Shown piece by piece: positions 38,301 through 46,621 of a DNA stretch of 54,410 nucleotides (positions are counted from its first letter, which is position 1; the number at the start of each line of letters is the position of its first letter). The notes under the pieces are model-generated. The model searched no databases, had not been told where the DNA came from, and worked only from the letters and a program-made list of their open reading frames with translations. The translations under genes were made by a program, and so were the position numbers. This DNA comes from a virus (lineage: Duplodnaviria > Caudoviricetes). The stretch spans positions 1 through 54,410 of IMG/VR virus record IMGVR_UViG_3300044739_000092. One strand, 5' to 3'.

Positions 38301-39015
38301 GGAGTTCGCGCGGGCGATCGCGGCGATCCCGAAGAACATCGCCGACACGATCGTCGACAAGGTGAAGGGCTTCGTCGGTCTCGGCGCGGACGGGAAGGGC
38401 CCGGCGCCGAGCGGGGTCGTCAACGCCGGTGCGGGTGCGGCGTCGTGGCCGTCGATCGTGTCCCTCGCCCGCGCATCCGGGGTGCCGTTCAACGTCACCT
38501 CGACACAGCGGAACACGGACGACTACCACGGCCGCGGTCTCGCGGTGGACATGGCGTCGTCGACGGCGAACATGGCGAAGCTGGCGCGGTTCTTCTACAA
38601 CATGTCGTCGTTCGAACTGGAGCTGATCCACTCGGGTGGCGGCGGGTTCTTCGTGAAGAACGGGCGCCGGGTCGGAGCGGACTTCTACCGGTCGGTGATC
38701 GGGCAGCACTACAACCACGTGCACGTCGCGATGACGAACCCGGCGGTCGCGTCGGCCCGGTCGGCGTTCGCGTACGACTCGGGCGGCTACCTCCCTCCCG
38801 GCCTGTCGACGGTCTACAACGGCACCGGCAGGCCGGAGCCGGTGCTGACCGGCCATCAGTGGGACCGGATGCAGAGCTCCGCCTCGGGCGGAACGTTCAC
38901 CGGGAACCTGACGCTCGAGGACGGGACGTTCATGGGCCGGGTTCGCGGGGAGATGCACGCGGTGGTGGACCAGTTCGCTGGGCAGATGGCCGATGCGCGC
39001 ATCTACGGGGGCTGA
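35308..39015 (+). CDS. Tape measure protein with a C-terminal peptidase M15-like domain
   Basis: 1235 aa, Ala/Gln coiled coils, W-spaced repeats, FA.GG, H..G.AVD...H.NHVH, YDSGG.L.PG...N.TG.PE.VL. Confidence 0.93.
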   Translation: MTSPINVGSVGVTVVPDARRFAPMMRQQLNPQAKKLGEDIGRDISDGIAKKLRAGKTPTIGVDADTGKARAELDRVGAQADRLGRSSPTIGVDVDTGGAHAKLTALQSQAAFTGIGLAGLAGAGLLIGGAIVPAAAAAAVAVAGIGTAALAAGVGLGTLALGFAGIGGAVKALGEAQRDAGKNTATVAARQTQVAAAVDQVRSAESSLANARANAADGARRAAEQVRTAEQALAQAQQQARAAQEGLTQARRDARQAMQDLALQVAGGALAQRQANLDVRRAKIELDRVIADPKATLMQRQQAQLSYEQAVQQLDEQTVRNQRLRQEKTASDRAGVNGSRQVAAAQDQIVTATERVRAARRDVAQARIQQATQERQSAFAIAQAQQAVVSAQRSLQTATVSAGTAGSAAMLKLKQEMDGLSPVGQRFARFLFSLKPRLDALRATAQAGILPGVHAGIVSLLPLFPQLNRLVASVAGVFGDMFASAGRALTSPFWRGFFDYLVATAAPTLMQMGQVVGNLMRAFAGLFMAFDPAAKDFGGGLVEMTGRFADWSAGLRDNRGFQEFLAYIREQGPKVVAVIASVAAGGAQLVQALAPIGGVILDGISALGDGLSAIPAEVLTVIAIGIGVTTVAVWGLNIALGVIAANPVVLWALAVGVAITALAAAVVFAWNKFPAFRAAVMAAWQGIVAASKWAWENVLKPTFNAISDVIMHVIVPAVMWLWRNVVEPAFTAIGAIVSFWWNNIVRPYFTAVMWLIRNVVGPVFLWLWRNVIQPAFTGIRVAISIAWASIRVVFGLIQIGLKVLSAPFLWLWRGVVRPVFEGIGLLIGVTWRNVIRPIFQALGGFIEKYVAPGFAAGVKAVGKAWDKIRDIAKVPVKFVIDTVLNKGILAGYNKVAKLFKVKPDNVQIPLPKGFAEGGIFPGYTPGRDVGMIGVSGGEAIMRPEWTRAVGPGYVDAANQAARVGGTEGVRRWMGGFADGGIVGWITKPLDALKELGNSEFARAIAAIPKNIADTIVDKVKGFVGLGADGKGPAPSGVVNAGAGAASWPSIVSLARASGVPFNVTSTQRNTDDYHGRGLAVDMASSTANMAKLARFFYNMSSFELELIHSGGGGFFVKNGRRVGADFYRSVIGQHYNHVHVAMTNPAVASARSAFAYDSGGYLPPGLSTVYNGTGRPEPVLTGHQWDRMQSSASGGTFTGNLTLEDGTFMGRVRGEMHAVVDQFAGQMADARIYGG

Positions 39016-39018
39016 CGG

Positions 39019-39795
39019 GTGGCGACGCTGACCGCGACGGTGCAGCCGGGGAATGTGCCGCCGCGGGTGTTCCTTCAGCTGACCGGTGCGACGGGTACGA
39101 CGGTGGAGGTTGGCCGGCAGGACGCGGATGGCCGGACCAGGCCGGTGCGGGGCGGTGACCCGGGGACGTTGTCGGGTGGGACGTGGGTGGGCTACGACTA
39201 TGAGTCGTGGTTCGGGCAGCCGATGGTGTACGAGGCTGTGACGTCCGGTGGCACGACCCTGTCCGCGTCCGTGCAGCTGGATGTGGCCGATGTGTGGCTG
39301 CGGCACCCGGGGGCCCCGGATCTGTCGGTGATCGTGGAGATCCACGGTGAACCGGACGAGACGTACGCCTTGAATCGTCTGGTCACTGCGCCTCTGGGCC
39401 GGACCTACCCGATCGTGACGACCGACGGCCGGCGGAAGGCGAAGACCGCGACGATGGTCGTGGCGACGTGGGACGACGACCAGCGGAACGCGCTGCACAA
39501 CATCGTTGCCGATGGGGCGCCGCTGCTGCTCGATGTGCCCCCGGCGAAGGGCTGGGGCCTGGAGCACCAGTACATGGCGATCGCGGATGTGACCGCGGCG
39601 CGTGCGACACCGGAGCTGGCGGAGTTCGGTGGGCGTCTGTGGTCGCTGCCGTATGACGAGGTGGACCGTCCGGTGGGCGGCCAGCAGGCGCAGTGGACGT
39701 ACGCCGACGTGCTCGCCCGGTACGCCACCTACAACGCGGTGAAGGCCGCATACCTGACGTACAACGATCTGCTCGCGAACACGCCGAGCCCCTGA
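39019..39795 (+). CDS. Minor tail protein (distal tail-like)
   Basis: Immediately after the tape measure gene; DYE..FG..V.Y. Confidence 0.75.
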   Translation: MATLTATVQPGNVPPRVFLQLTGATGTTVEVGRQDADGRTRPVRGGDPGTLSGGTWVGYDYESWFGQPMVYEAVTSGGTTLSASVQLDVADVWLRHPGAPDLSVIVEIHGEPDETYALNRLVTAPLGRTYPIVTTDGRRKAKTATMVVATWDDDQRNALHNIVADGAPLLLDVPPAKGWGLEHQYMAIADVTAARATPELAEFGGRLWSLPYDEVDRPVGGQQAQWTYADVLARYATYNAVKAAYLTYNDLLANTPSP

Positions 39796-40889
39796 TGCGG
39801 GCACAGACGACCGGTTTCTTCGATGCCCTGCGTTACTCGCACACCGTCGCCACGAAGGTGGAGTTATGGTCCGGGCTCACGCTCATCGAAGGCGATGTGC
39901 CGATCAGCGGCGGGTCGGTGACGGTGTCATCCGACCGTGGGGTGCGCCGGAAACTCGATGTGACGATCACCGACACGACGCTGTGGGACCTGCTGGTCCC
40001 GGGCGTGGAGCTGCGCGCGTACAGGGGTGTTGCGTTCCTGAACGGGCAGACCGAGTACTCGGCCCTCGGGGTGTTCCGGGTGGACCGCCGGTCGATCAGT
40101 GCGGGGATCTCCGACAGCATCGTGGTGTCGTCGGCGCCGGACCGGTTCGCCCGCGTCCAACGGGCCCGGTTCACCTCGCCCGAGGCGTCCACGCTCGGCG
40201 CGCTGGTGCGGGACGAGATCCGGCGCCTGATGGTCGCCGCGGTGCCCGCCGCCGGGTACGAGGTGACGGCCACGTCGGCGGCAACGGTCGGCGCGCTGGT
40301 GTGGGACCGGGACCGAGACGAGGCGATCAACAAGGACCTGGCGCCGGCGATCGGCGCCGAGGCGTACTTCGACCCGGACGGGAACATCGTGGTCCGGGAC
40401 GAGCCGACGATCGTGACGGCACCGGTGTGGACGGTCGACGCCGGTGTGTCGTCGGCGGTGCTCGTTGCCGGTAGCCGCAGCGTGGACGACTCCCGCACGT
40501 ACAGCGGGGTGGTGGTGCGCCCGTCGAACGTGGACGGCGCGGTGCCGTTCACGCCGCAGATCGTGTGGGACACCGACCCGCTCTCACCCACCTACGTGAG
40601 CGTGTACGGGCAGGTGCCGTACTTCTACTCCTCCCCGGTCATCACCACCGCGGCACAAGCGTTGGCGGCGGCGAACACGCTGCTCCCGAAGGTGACGAGC
40701 TTCAACTCCCAGCTGGACCTGACGGTGGCGGCGAACCCGGCGCTCGAGCCGGGGGATGTGCTGACGGTGCGGTTCCTCGATGGGCTGGAGCAGCGGCACA
40801 TGGTCGACTCGTTGACGATTCCGCTGGGCTTGGGCGACATGACGATCGCGACGCGGTCGTCCAGCCCCGAGATTCCTGAGGAGCCGTAA
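39795..40889 (+). CDS. Minor tail/baseplate hub protein (DUF5047-like)
   Basis: GSV.V...VRR...LGVFRV...YG.VP.FYSSP...NPALEPGD. Confidence 0.78.
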   Translation: MRAQTTGFFDALRYSHTVATKVELWSGLTLIEGDVPISGGSVTVSSDRGVRRKLDVTITDTTLWDLLVPGVELRAYRGVAFLNGQTEYSALGVFRVDRRSISAGISDSIVVSSAPDRFARVQRARFTSPEASTLGALVRDEIRRLMVAAVPAAGYEVTATSAATVGALVWDRDRDEAINKDLAPAIGAEAYFDPDGNIVVRDEPTIVTAPVWTVDAGVSSAVLVAGSRSVDDSRTYSGVVVRPSNVDGAVPFTPQIVWDTDPLSPTYVSVYGQVPYFYSSPVITTAAQALAAANTLLPKVTSFNSQLDLTVAANPALEPGDVLTVRFLDGLEQRHMVDSLTIPLGLGDMTIATRSSSPEIPEEP

Positions 40890-41165
40890 GTGGCGTCGGG
40901 GCAGCAGCGGCTCGCCGCTGAGCTGACGGGCCGGCACACGCCGGGGCTGGCGGCGCCCGGCAGGTTCCAGCAGGGCGTTGTCGCCACTGTGACCGCGGGG
41001 GCGGCGGCGGACGGGAACGCGCGTGTGACCGTGAACTGCGACGACGGGGTGACCGTCGCCATGCCCTACAACGCGAACTACACCCCGACCGTCGGGCACG
41101 TGGTGCTGCTGGCGGTTCAGGGCACGCAGCGGGTCGTCATCTGCCGCGTCATCGGCACACCCTAG
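40890..41165 (+). CDS. Small baseplate protein (OB-fold-like)
   Basis: Y.P.VG.VV.L; position in the tail module. Confidence 0.65.
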   Translation: MASGQQRLAAELTGRHTPGLAAPGRFQQGVVATVTAGAAADGNARVTVNCDDGVTVAMPYNANYTPTVGHVVLLAVQGTQRVVICRVIGTP

Positions 41166-41183
41166 GCAGAAGGAGGTCCCTCT

Positions 41184-41912
41184 GTGGGTACCACTGTGGG
41201 CGGGGTTCCGTACCCCGAAGGCACCGACGCGCCGAATCCGCCGCTGCACATCAAGAACGCGGTGCAGGCGCAGGACCCGATGCTGGTCCGCAAGTTCACG
41301 TCGTCGGCGAACCGGACGACCCTCGTCCCGGCGCCCACCGAGGGGCAGGTGTCGTACCTGTCCGACGTGAACCACGTGTACCTGTACAACGGGACGACGC
41401 ACCGGCAGCTCGCCGAGCAGACCGACGTGGACGCGTACACGTCGTTCCTCATGGCGCCGCCGAGGGCCCACGTGCACCGCGACGCGAACATGACGCTCAC
41501 CTCGGGTACGACCCCGCAGCTGGTCACCTTCGACCATGAGGTGACGGACAGCAACAGCATGTGGGCCGCCGGCGCCCCGACGCGGGTCGTGTTCACCAGC
41601 GCGGGCAGGTACCTGATCATCGCGCAGGCCATGTTCGGCAACTACCAGCCGCCGATCCGGAACGTGCAGCTGCGGATGAACGCCGCCGGTGCCCCCGCCG
41701 GGGGGACGCAGTTGATGAACGTGAGCGACAACCCGGGAGGCGCGTCTTCGTCCCCGATCGGCACGACCTTCGAACGGGACATGGCCGCGGGTGACTACAT
41801 CGAAATGTTCGTGTTCCAGAACTCGGGGTCGACGATCTCCGCCGGGCTGAACAACGCGGTGATGCCGGAGCCGTTCAACACGTTCATCCAGACTCGGTGG
41901 GTGTCGAGCTGA
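41184..41912 (+). CDS. Minor tail/receptor-binding protein (C1q-like C-terminus)
   Basis: F.S.A.R....P.P.EG...Y; AG.Y.I.A, AGDYIE.FV.Q. Confidence 0.7.
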   Translation: MGTTVGGVPYPEGTDAPNPPLHIKNAVQAQDPMLVRKFTSSANRTTLVPAPTEGQVSYLSDVNHVYLYNGTTHRQLAEQTDVDAYTSFLMAPPRAHVHRDANMTLTSGTTPQLVTFDHEVTDSNSMWAAGAPTRVVFTSAGRYLIIAQAMFGNYQPPIRNVQLRMNAAGAPAGGTQLMNVSDNPGGASSSPIGTTFERDMAAGDYIEMFVFQNSGSTISAGLNNAVMPEPFNTFIQTRWVSS

Positions 41913-41937
41913 TGCCCCGCTTCCAAGGCTGGTGCCC

Positions 41938-42405
41938 GTGACGGCCCATTCGCCGATGCGGCCGGTGGTCATCAACTCCGGGCGCAACGAGTTCGAGGTC
42001 GCGTCGATGGCCGTGTTCGTGATCATCGGGCTGGTCTATCTGACCCGGTCGGCGCCGACACCGAACAGTGTGGACGAACTGCTGTCGCCTTGGTTCGTGG
42101 CCTTGTGGAAGCTGATGTTGGCGTGGGGTGCCGCGGTCAGCTTGGTGGGGATCGTGATGCCGCAGGACAGCATCGTGCGGATCATCCGCGCCCAGACGGT
42201 GGAGCGTACGGGAATGCTGCTGATCGCCGCGGCGGCGTTGGCGTATGCGGTGGCGTTGAGCGCGATCGGTCTGGGCGCGGGGGCGGTGGCGGCGATTGGC
42301 TACGCGAGTGCGTACGGCCTCGCCGGGGTGGTACGCGCGGTGAGGATCACCTACGACCTGGGGCGGATACGTATGGCGGTTGACGACCGGCATTGTGACC
42401 CGTGA
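41938..42405 (+). CDS. Four-TM membrane protein of the lysis region
   Basis: Four hydrophobic segments; start codon uncertain. Confidence 0.65.
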   Translation: MTAHSPMRPVVINSGRNEFEVASMAVFVIIGLVYLTRSAPTPNSVDELLSPWFVALWKLMLAWGAAVSLVGIVMPQDSIVRIIRAQTVERTGMLLIAAAALAYAVALSAIGLGAGAVAAIGYASAYGLAGVVRAVRITYDLGRIRMAVDDRHCDP

Positions 42406-42818
42406 GCGCCGCGGGGGGGCTTGTGGCGCAGGTCGTGCTGGCCATCGGGGCGCTGCTCGGCGGGGGCGGCTTGTGGGGGCTGTACTCGGCTGTCCAGGTG
42501 AAACGGAAGTTGGCCGCGGAGGGTGTCAAAACTGAGGCCGAGGGTGCGCAGGTCATCACGTCCACAGCGCTGACTCTCCTGGCGCCGTTGCGTGCCGAAG
42601 TTGAGGAGGCACGCAAGGAGGCGACGGAGGCACGTCGGGAGGCCACGGATGCGCGGCGGGAGTTGGACGACGTGAACCGCAAGGCCCGCGCCCTGGTGAA
42701 GGCCTTGGACGAGTCCCACGACCGGGAGCGCCAGTACCAGCAGGAGAACACCGAACTGCGGGCGACGAACGCGCGGCTCGAGGACGAGCTGACCCGCCGA
42801 CGTGAACGCCACAACTGA
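42402..42818 (+). CDS. TM plus coiled-coil lysis-region protein
   Basis: N-terminal TM (LLGGGGL), long heptad tail. Confidence 0.7.
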   Translation: MSAAGGLVAQVVLAIGALLGGGGLWGLYSAVQVKRKLAAEGVKTEAEGAQVITSTALTLLAPLRAEVEEARKEATEARREATDARRELDDVNRKARALVKALDESHDRERQYQQENTELRATNARLEDELTRRRERHN

Positions 42819-42827
42819 GGAGATCGG

Positions 42828-43625
42828 ATGGTCTACGGGACGATGCGGAAGGTCACCTCCGAGGGAGTGACCGGAACGTTGTGTCAGCCTGTCGCCGACG
42901 TGCTGGCGCAGCTGGCCGCGAATGGTGGCCGGAACGTTGGGACGATCGGCAACGCGACGCACCTGTGGAACAACGGAGCTCCGCGGACGGCGGCGAATCG
43001 GCGCCACGGCGACCACACCCCGTGGTCAGCCGATGGGCCTGCCGGGTTCGTGATGGCTGTGGATGTGAAGTCTCTGCCGGGGGTGACGCCGGTGGATCTG
43101 TGGCACCGGTTTGTGACGCCGTGCGTGAAGGCGGGCCTGTACCCGGAGTTCAAGTACGGGATCTCGGACTATGTGCTGCGGGATTCCCGGCCGCCGTTCA
43201 ACATGCGGGACCAGAAGGGCGGCGACGGGCCGGGGTGGCTGCATCTGTCGTTCCGGCCGTCGCATGTCCGCGCGCATTCGACGCTCATCGCTGACGCGGT
43301 GGCGTGGCACAAGGCCGGGCGGCCTAGCCCGGTGACGTTCGTGAAGCGCCTGCGCACCCCCCCGAAGCCGCCCCCGAAGGAGCCCACTGTGGCGCAGCCG
43401 AAGTACGACACGTTCAAGGACTGGTATGGCGACTGGTTCGGTCCGGTTCAGTCCCTCATCCACTGGTGGACGAAGACCCGCCCGGTCGAGCAGGCAGCGA
43501 ACACCGGCCGGGATCAGAAGCTCGCCGATCTGCGTGATGACGTGGATGCCGTGTCCACGAACCTCGAATCCCTCGAAGCGCGGGTCGCCGCGCTCGAACC
43601 CCAGAATGGAGCACCCAAGTCATGA
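42828..43625 (+). CDS. Endolysin, Zn-peptidase (M15-like) with Pro linker and C-terminal domain
   Basis: GTIGN..H...GDH.P...V.AVD...WLHLSF; located just upstream of the holin. Confidence 0.7.
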   Translation: MVYGTMRKVTSEGVTGTLCQPVADVLAQLAANGGRNVGTIGNATHLWNNGAPRTAANRRHGDHTPWSADGPAGFVMAVDVKSLPGVTPVDLWHRFVTPCVKAGLYPEFKYGISDYVLRDSRPPFNMRDQKGGDGPGWLHLSFRPSHVRAHSTLIADAVAWHKAGRPSPVTFVKRLRTPPKPPPKEPTVAQPKYDTFKDWYGDWFGPVQSLIHWWTKTRPVEQAANTGRDQKLADLRDDVDAVSTNLESLEARVAALEPQNGAPKS

Positions 43626-43873
43626 GTGGACACGCGAGCCGTGCGCTTCCCACCGGCCCGGTCGAGCTGAAGGTCAAGGTCGCCGCGTGGGCGACCTACC
43701 TCGGTGGCGTCGGCCTGCTGGCGATCCTCAACGCGTTCTCGGACGCGAACCTGATCGCTGGTCTGCCGGACGCGATCGAGGTGTTCGTCGCGCCGATGCT
43801 GCCGACTGCGATCACGACCGCCGCAGCGTGGCTGGCGAAGCACACCCCGCGGCCGGACCTCGGCCAGCAGTGA
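43622..43873 (+). CDS. Holin
   Basis: VE.KV..A...two TMs...AW.AKHTPR, actinophage holin pattern. Confidence 0.8.
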   Translation: MSGHASRALPTGPVELKVKVAAWATYLGGVGLLAILNAFSDANLIAGLPDAIEVFVAPMLPTAITTAAAWLAKHTPRPDLGQQ

Positions 43874-44298
43874 CCGCCGTCGTCCGCTCGGATGTTCCGG
43901 CTGATGATCCGGTTCGGGAGCCGTGGTGTCTGCCGGCGAAGTTGGTGGACGGTCTGCTGTTCCGGGCTTGTGTGATCCGGTTCGAGGATCATGCGGATGG
44001 GCCGTATGTTCACGCCGATTCGTCGCACCGCAACTACGGTGTGGGGAAGGTTCAGGTGCTGGACTCGGGCCGCATCGAGATTTACGCGGCGGGCCCGGTG
44101 GGTGCGATCGCCTCGGTGCACCTGAACGTCGATGAGTCGTTCGCGAAGGACGGGTACTCGGTGGGCGCGTCGGGTGGCGCCGGCCTGACGGTGGCGGTGT
44201 TCGGTCACCGGTCGGGTACCTCGGTGACTGGCATGAACACTGGCTTGTATGCGCCGGGGCGGAACATCTGGTGTTCGTGGTGGGGACTGCCCGCCTGA
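43870..44298 (+). CDS. Hypothetical beta-rich protein
   Basis: GTGA-coupled to the holin; ends before the terminator. Confidence 0.6.
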   Translation: MTAVVRSDVPADDPVREPWCLPAKLVDGLLFRACVIRFEDHADGPYVHADSSHRNYGVGKVQVLDSGRIEIYAAGPVGAIASVHLNVDESFAKDGYSVGASGGAGLTVAVFGHRSGTSVTGMNTGLYAPGRNIWCSWWGLPA

Positions 44299-44312
44299 CC
44301 TGCTGTACGACT

Positions 44313-44356
44313 GCGGCCCCTCTCTTGTCCTTCGGGACGGGAGAGGGGCCGCTTTT
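44313..44356 (+). terminator. Intrinsic terminator of the late operon
   Basis: GCGGCCCCTCTCTTGTCC-TTCG-GGACGGGAGAGGGGCCGC-TTTT. Confidence 0.9.
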
Positions 44357-44364
44357 CGTCGTGC

Positions 44365-44781
44365 CTAGGGTCGCCAGGTCTCGTCGTAGTCCTCGTGGTC
44401 GGCGTACGGCAGGGCGAGGAGGCGCAGGGTCGGGCACCAGCCGCTCTCGATGAGTCCGTAGTCGCGGTCCTCGTGGCACGTCCAGCACCCCGCCTCGTCG
44501 CCGCTCAGTTCGTGCTCGTGCTCCTCCACGATCCGCCGCTTCGCCTCGACGTCCCGCAGCGCTCGGGAGCGCTGGTGGATGGTTTCGGCGTGTTCCTCGG
44601 CGGAGCTAGTTATCGCCTCAACGGTGCCGCCGTAGACCGGTGATGGGTCGCAGTAGCGACACTGCGACCCCACCCAGCCCGCCGGGGCGCAGCATCCTGG
44701 CTCGCACGCGTATGGACTCAAGGTCCAGGTCGGCGCCTCGTCCCGGTCGAGCCGCGCGGTCAGGAACTCCACCAGCGTCAT
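44365..44781 (-). CDS. DUF6221 family protein
   Basis: LVEFLTARLD.DE...LRDVEAKRRIV...TLRLLALPYADH.DY.E.WRP. Confidence 0.85.
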   Translation of the reverse strand: MTLVEFLTARLDRDEAPTWTLSPYACEPGCCAPAGWVGSQCRYCDPSPVYGGTVEAITSSAEEHAETIHQRSRALRDVEAKRRIVEEHEHELSGDEAGCWTCHEDRDYGLIESGWCPTLRLLALPYADHEDYDETWRP

Positions 44782-44783
44782 GA

Positions 44784-45098
44784 CTAGGCCACAGCAGCAG
44801 CGCGGGCGAGGCGGCTGGCGTGGTTGTAAGCGAGCCGAGCGGCGAGGTTCCGCTCCCGCTTCGGGTCAGTCGACGGCGGGATGCCGGGACGGGCGGCGTC
44901 GATGGCCGTCGCGATGCGCTCGCGCTCCTTCTCGGCTCCTCGCTGTTCGGCTGCCGCCTCACGGGCGGCCACGAATGGGGCCAGCGCGTCGAGCACGTCG
45001 AGCACGTCGTCGCCCGAGTCCGCAGCGTTCCACGCCGCCCCTTCCTCCTCGTCTGTCCACTGCCAGGTGGTTGCCTGCTCGTCCGGCGTCTCGCTCAC
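44784..45098 (-). CDS. Hypothetical protein
   Basis: Coupled to the RHH gene. Confidence 0.6.
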   Translation of the reverse strand: MSETPDEQATTWQWTDEEEGAAWNAADSGDDVLDVLDALAPFVAAREAAAEQRGAEKERERIATAIDAARPGIPPSTDPKRERNLAARLAYNHASRLARAAAVA

Positions 45099-45373
45099 GG
45101 TTCGACCTTCCTGAGTGTCACGACTGTCTCCCCGAGGGTGCCGTGGATCGGACCTTCCTCGACCACGTACAGGCCGTCGTCGCCGTGCCTGAGCTTCACG
45201 AGGTCCACCGTGTCCCCAGGTGCCAGGACCGGGGCCGCCGCATACCGTTGCAACGACTCACGCACCACACTGCTCACCGTCTCACCGTGCCTCTCCGCCT
45301 TCGCGGCAGCGGCATCCCACGTGTCATCGGGGATGCGGATGTTGTGGTTCGGCGTGTGTGAAGGGTTCGGCAC
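45095..45373 (-). CDS. Ribbon-helix-helix regulator
   Basis: HNIRIPDDTWDAAAAKA...GETVSSVVRESLQRY. Confidence 0.8.
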   Translation of the reverse strand: MPNPSHTPNHNIRIPDDTWDAAAAKAERHGETVSSVVRESLQRYAAAPVLAPGDTVDLVKLRHGDDGLYVVEEGPIHGTLGETVVTLRKVEP

Positions 45374-45418
45374 GCCGACATCCTCTCAGCCGACCGGCTT
45401 CCATGCCACGACCATACA

Positions 45419-45488
45419 GCGTGTACCTACACGATCAAGCATGGCACGCTCGAAAACCTGGCGCGTGTACCCACACGACGTGTACCGT
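45419..45488. promoter_or_regulatory. Operator repeats and promoter of the transfer operon
   Basis: GCGTGTACCTACACG (45419-45433), GCGTGTACCCACACG (45463-45477), half-site CGTGTACC (45479); TACCGT -10 seven nt before the ATG at 45496. Confidence 0.7.
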
Positions 45489-45495
45489 CACCGCC

Positions 45496-46221
45496 ATGAC
45501 ACAACAGTCATCAGGAGCCGTACCGGCGGTGCCGCCAACGCAGACCACCGTCGGCACGGCCCTGCCAACAGGCCGAGGCTGGGCCTACACCGGCGCCATC
45601 CTCGGCATCACCGTCTCCGTCACCGCCAACATCGCCCACGCCCGCATCCCCACCCACCCCCACACCGGTGCCGTCGCATTCGCCGCCCTCTGGCCCCTGT
45701 TCCTGTTCGTCACCATCGAAATCATGGCCCGCACCCCGTGGCCCCACCTCCACCGCTGGAAGTGGGTCCGCTTCGGCGGACTCACCATCGTCGGCGTCGT
45801 CGCAGCGATCGTGTCGTACCGGCACCAGGCCGGGCTCCTCGCCTTCTACGGCGAAGACAGACTCACCACGATCATCGGACCCTTGGCGGTGGACGGGCTA
45901 CTGCTGACAGCGACAGGCGCGCTGATCGCCACGTCACGGACACGACAGTCCACGCCAGCACCCGCCACGACCGCCACGGCTGTCACCCCCACGCCGGCGC
46001 CTGTCCGGGTCGCCCAGGACAAGGCCGCCACAGCCCCGCCACCTGTCACCACGCCCCGGCCGCCCCTGTCACCCCCCGACCAGTCCCGCGCCTACGTCGC
46101 GTCCCACCCCGACATGACACGCGACCAGCAGGCCGCCGCGCTCGGCATCTCCCCCCGCACACTCGCCCGCCACCTCGCACAGCCCACGAAGCTCACCGCC
46201 GTCAACGGAGGCACATCGTGA
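45496..46221 (+). CDS. DUF2637/Spd-like membrane protein with C-terminal HTH
   Basis: SV.ANIAHA, WP..L...E, VAAIVSY.H, PLAVDGL; four TMs; C-terminal QAAALGISPRTLARHL. Confidence 0.78.
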   Translation: MTQQSSGAVPAVPPTQTTVGTALPTGRGWAYTGAILGITVSVTANIAHARIPTHPHTGAVAFAALWPLFLFVTIEIMARTPWPHLHRWKWVRFGGLTIVGVVAAIVSYRHQAGLLAFYGEDRLTTIIGPLAVDGLLLTATGALIATSRTRQSTPAPATTATAVTPTPAPVRVAQDKAATAPPPVTTPRPPLSPPDQSRAYVASHPDMTRDQQAAALGISPRTLARHLAQPTKLTAVNGGTS

Positions 46222-46415
46222 CCCCGACCCGCAGAGTCCTGATCTTCACTGGGGAGTGGGCGGCGATCCTCGCCTTCTGCCTTCTCCTCCTGGCGCTCTT
46301 CCTCAAGTCGGTGCCCGCCGTCTTCTGGGCACTGGGGCTGGTCGGTGTCACCATCGTCACGTCGCTGGTCGAGGAGTTCCTCCGGGGCGACGAGGAAGAG
46401 GAGGCGGCCCGATGA
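46218..46415 (+). CDS. Small two-TM protein (Spd-like)
   Basis: Hydrophobic; coupled. Confidence 0.6.
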   Translation: MTPTRRVLIFTGEWAAILAFCLLLLALFLKSVPAVFWALGLVGVTIVTSLVEEFLRGDEEEEAAR

Positions 46416-46621
46416 TCACCGAGGCCCTCGCGATCCTGGTCCTCCTCGCTGCTGGCCTGTGGTTCGGCTACCGCGGTCGCAGCTTCTTCGCCCCGATCTG
46501 CTACATCCTGATCGGCGTCATCCTCGCGGGCGGCACGTTCACCGGGGCAGCGAGTCACGGCGGCCACATCGTCACGACCGTGGCGACCCAGCTCGCCAGC
46601 TACGTCGGGGGGAAGGCGTGA
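46412..46621 (+). CDS. Small hydrophobic protein (Spd-like)
   Basis: Two TMs; coupled. Confidence 0.65.
   Translation: MITEALAILVLLAAGLWFGYRGRSFFAPICYILIGVILAGGTFTGAASHGGHIVTTVATQLASYVGGKA

Noticed and set aside
28354-41912. Diversity-generating retroelement or invertible tail-fibre cassette
   Set aside because: No reverse transcriptase, no template/variable repeat pair and no inverted fibre segments seen; the tyrosine recombinase lies far from the fibre genes
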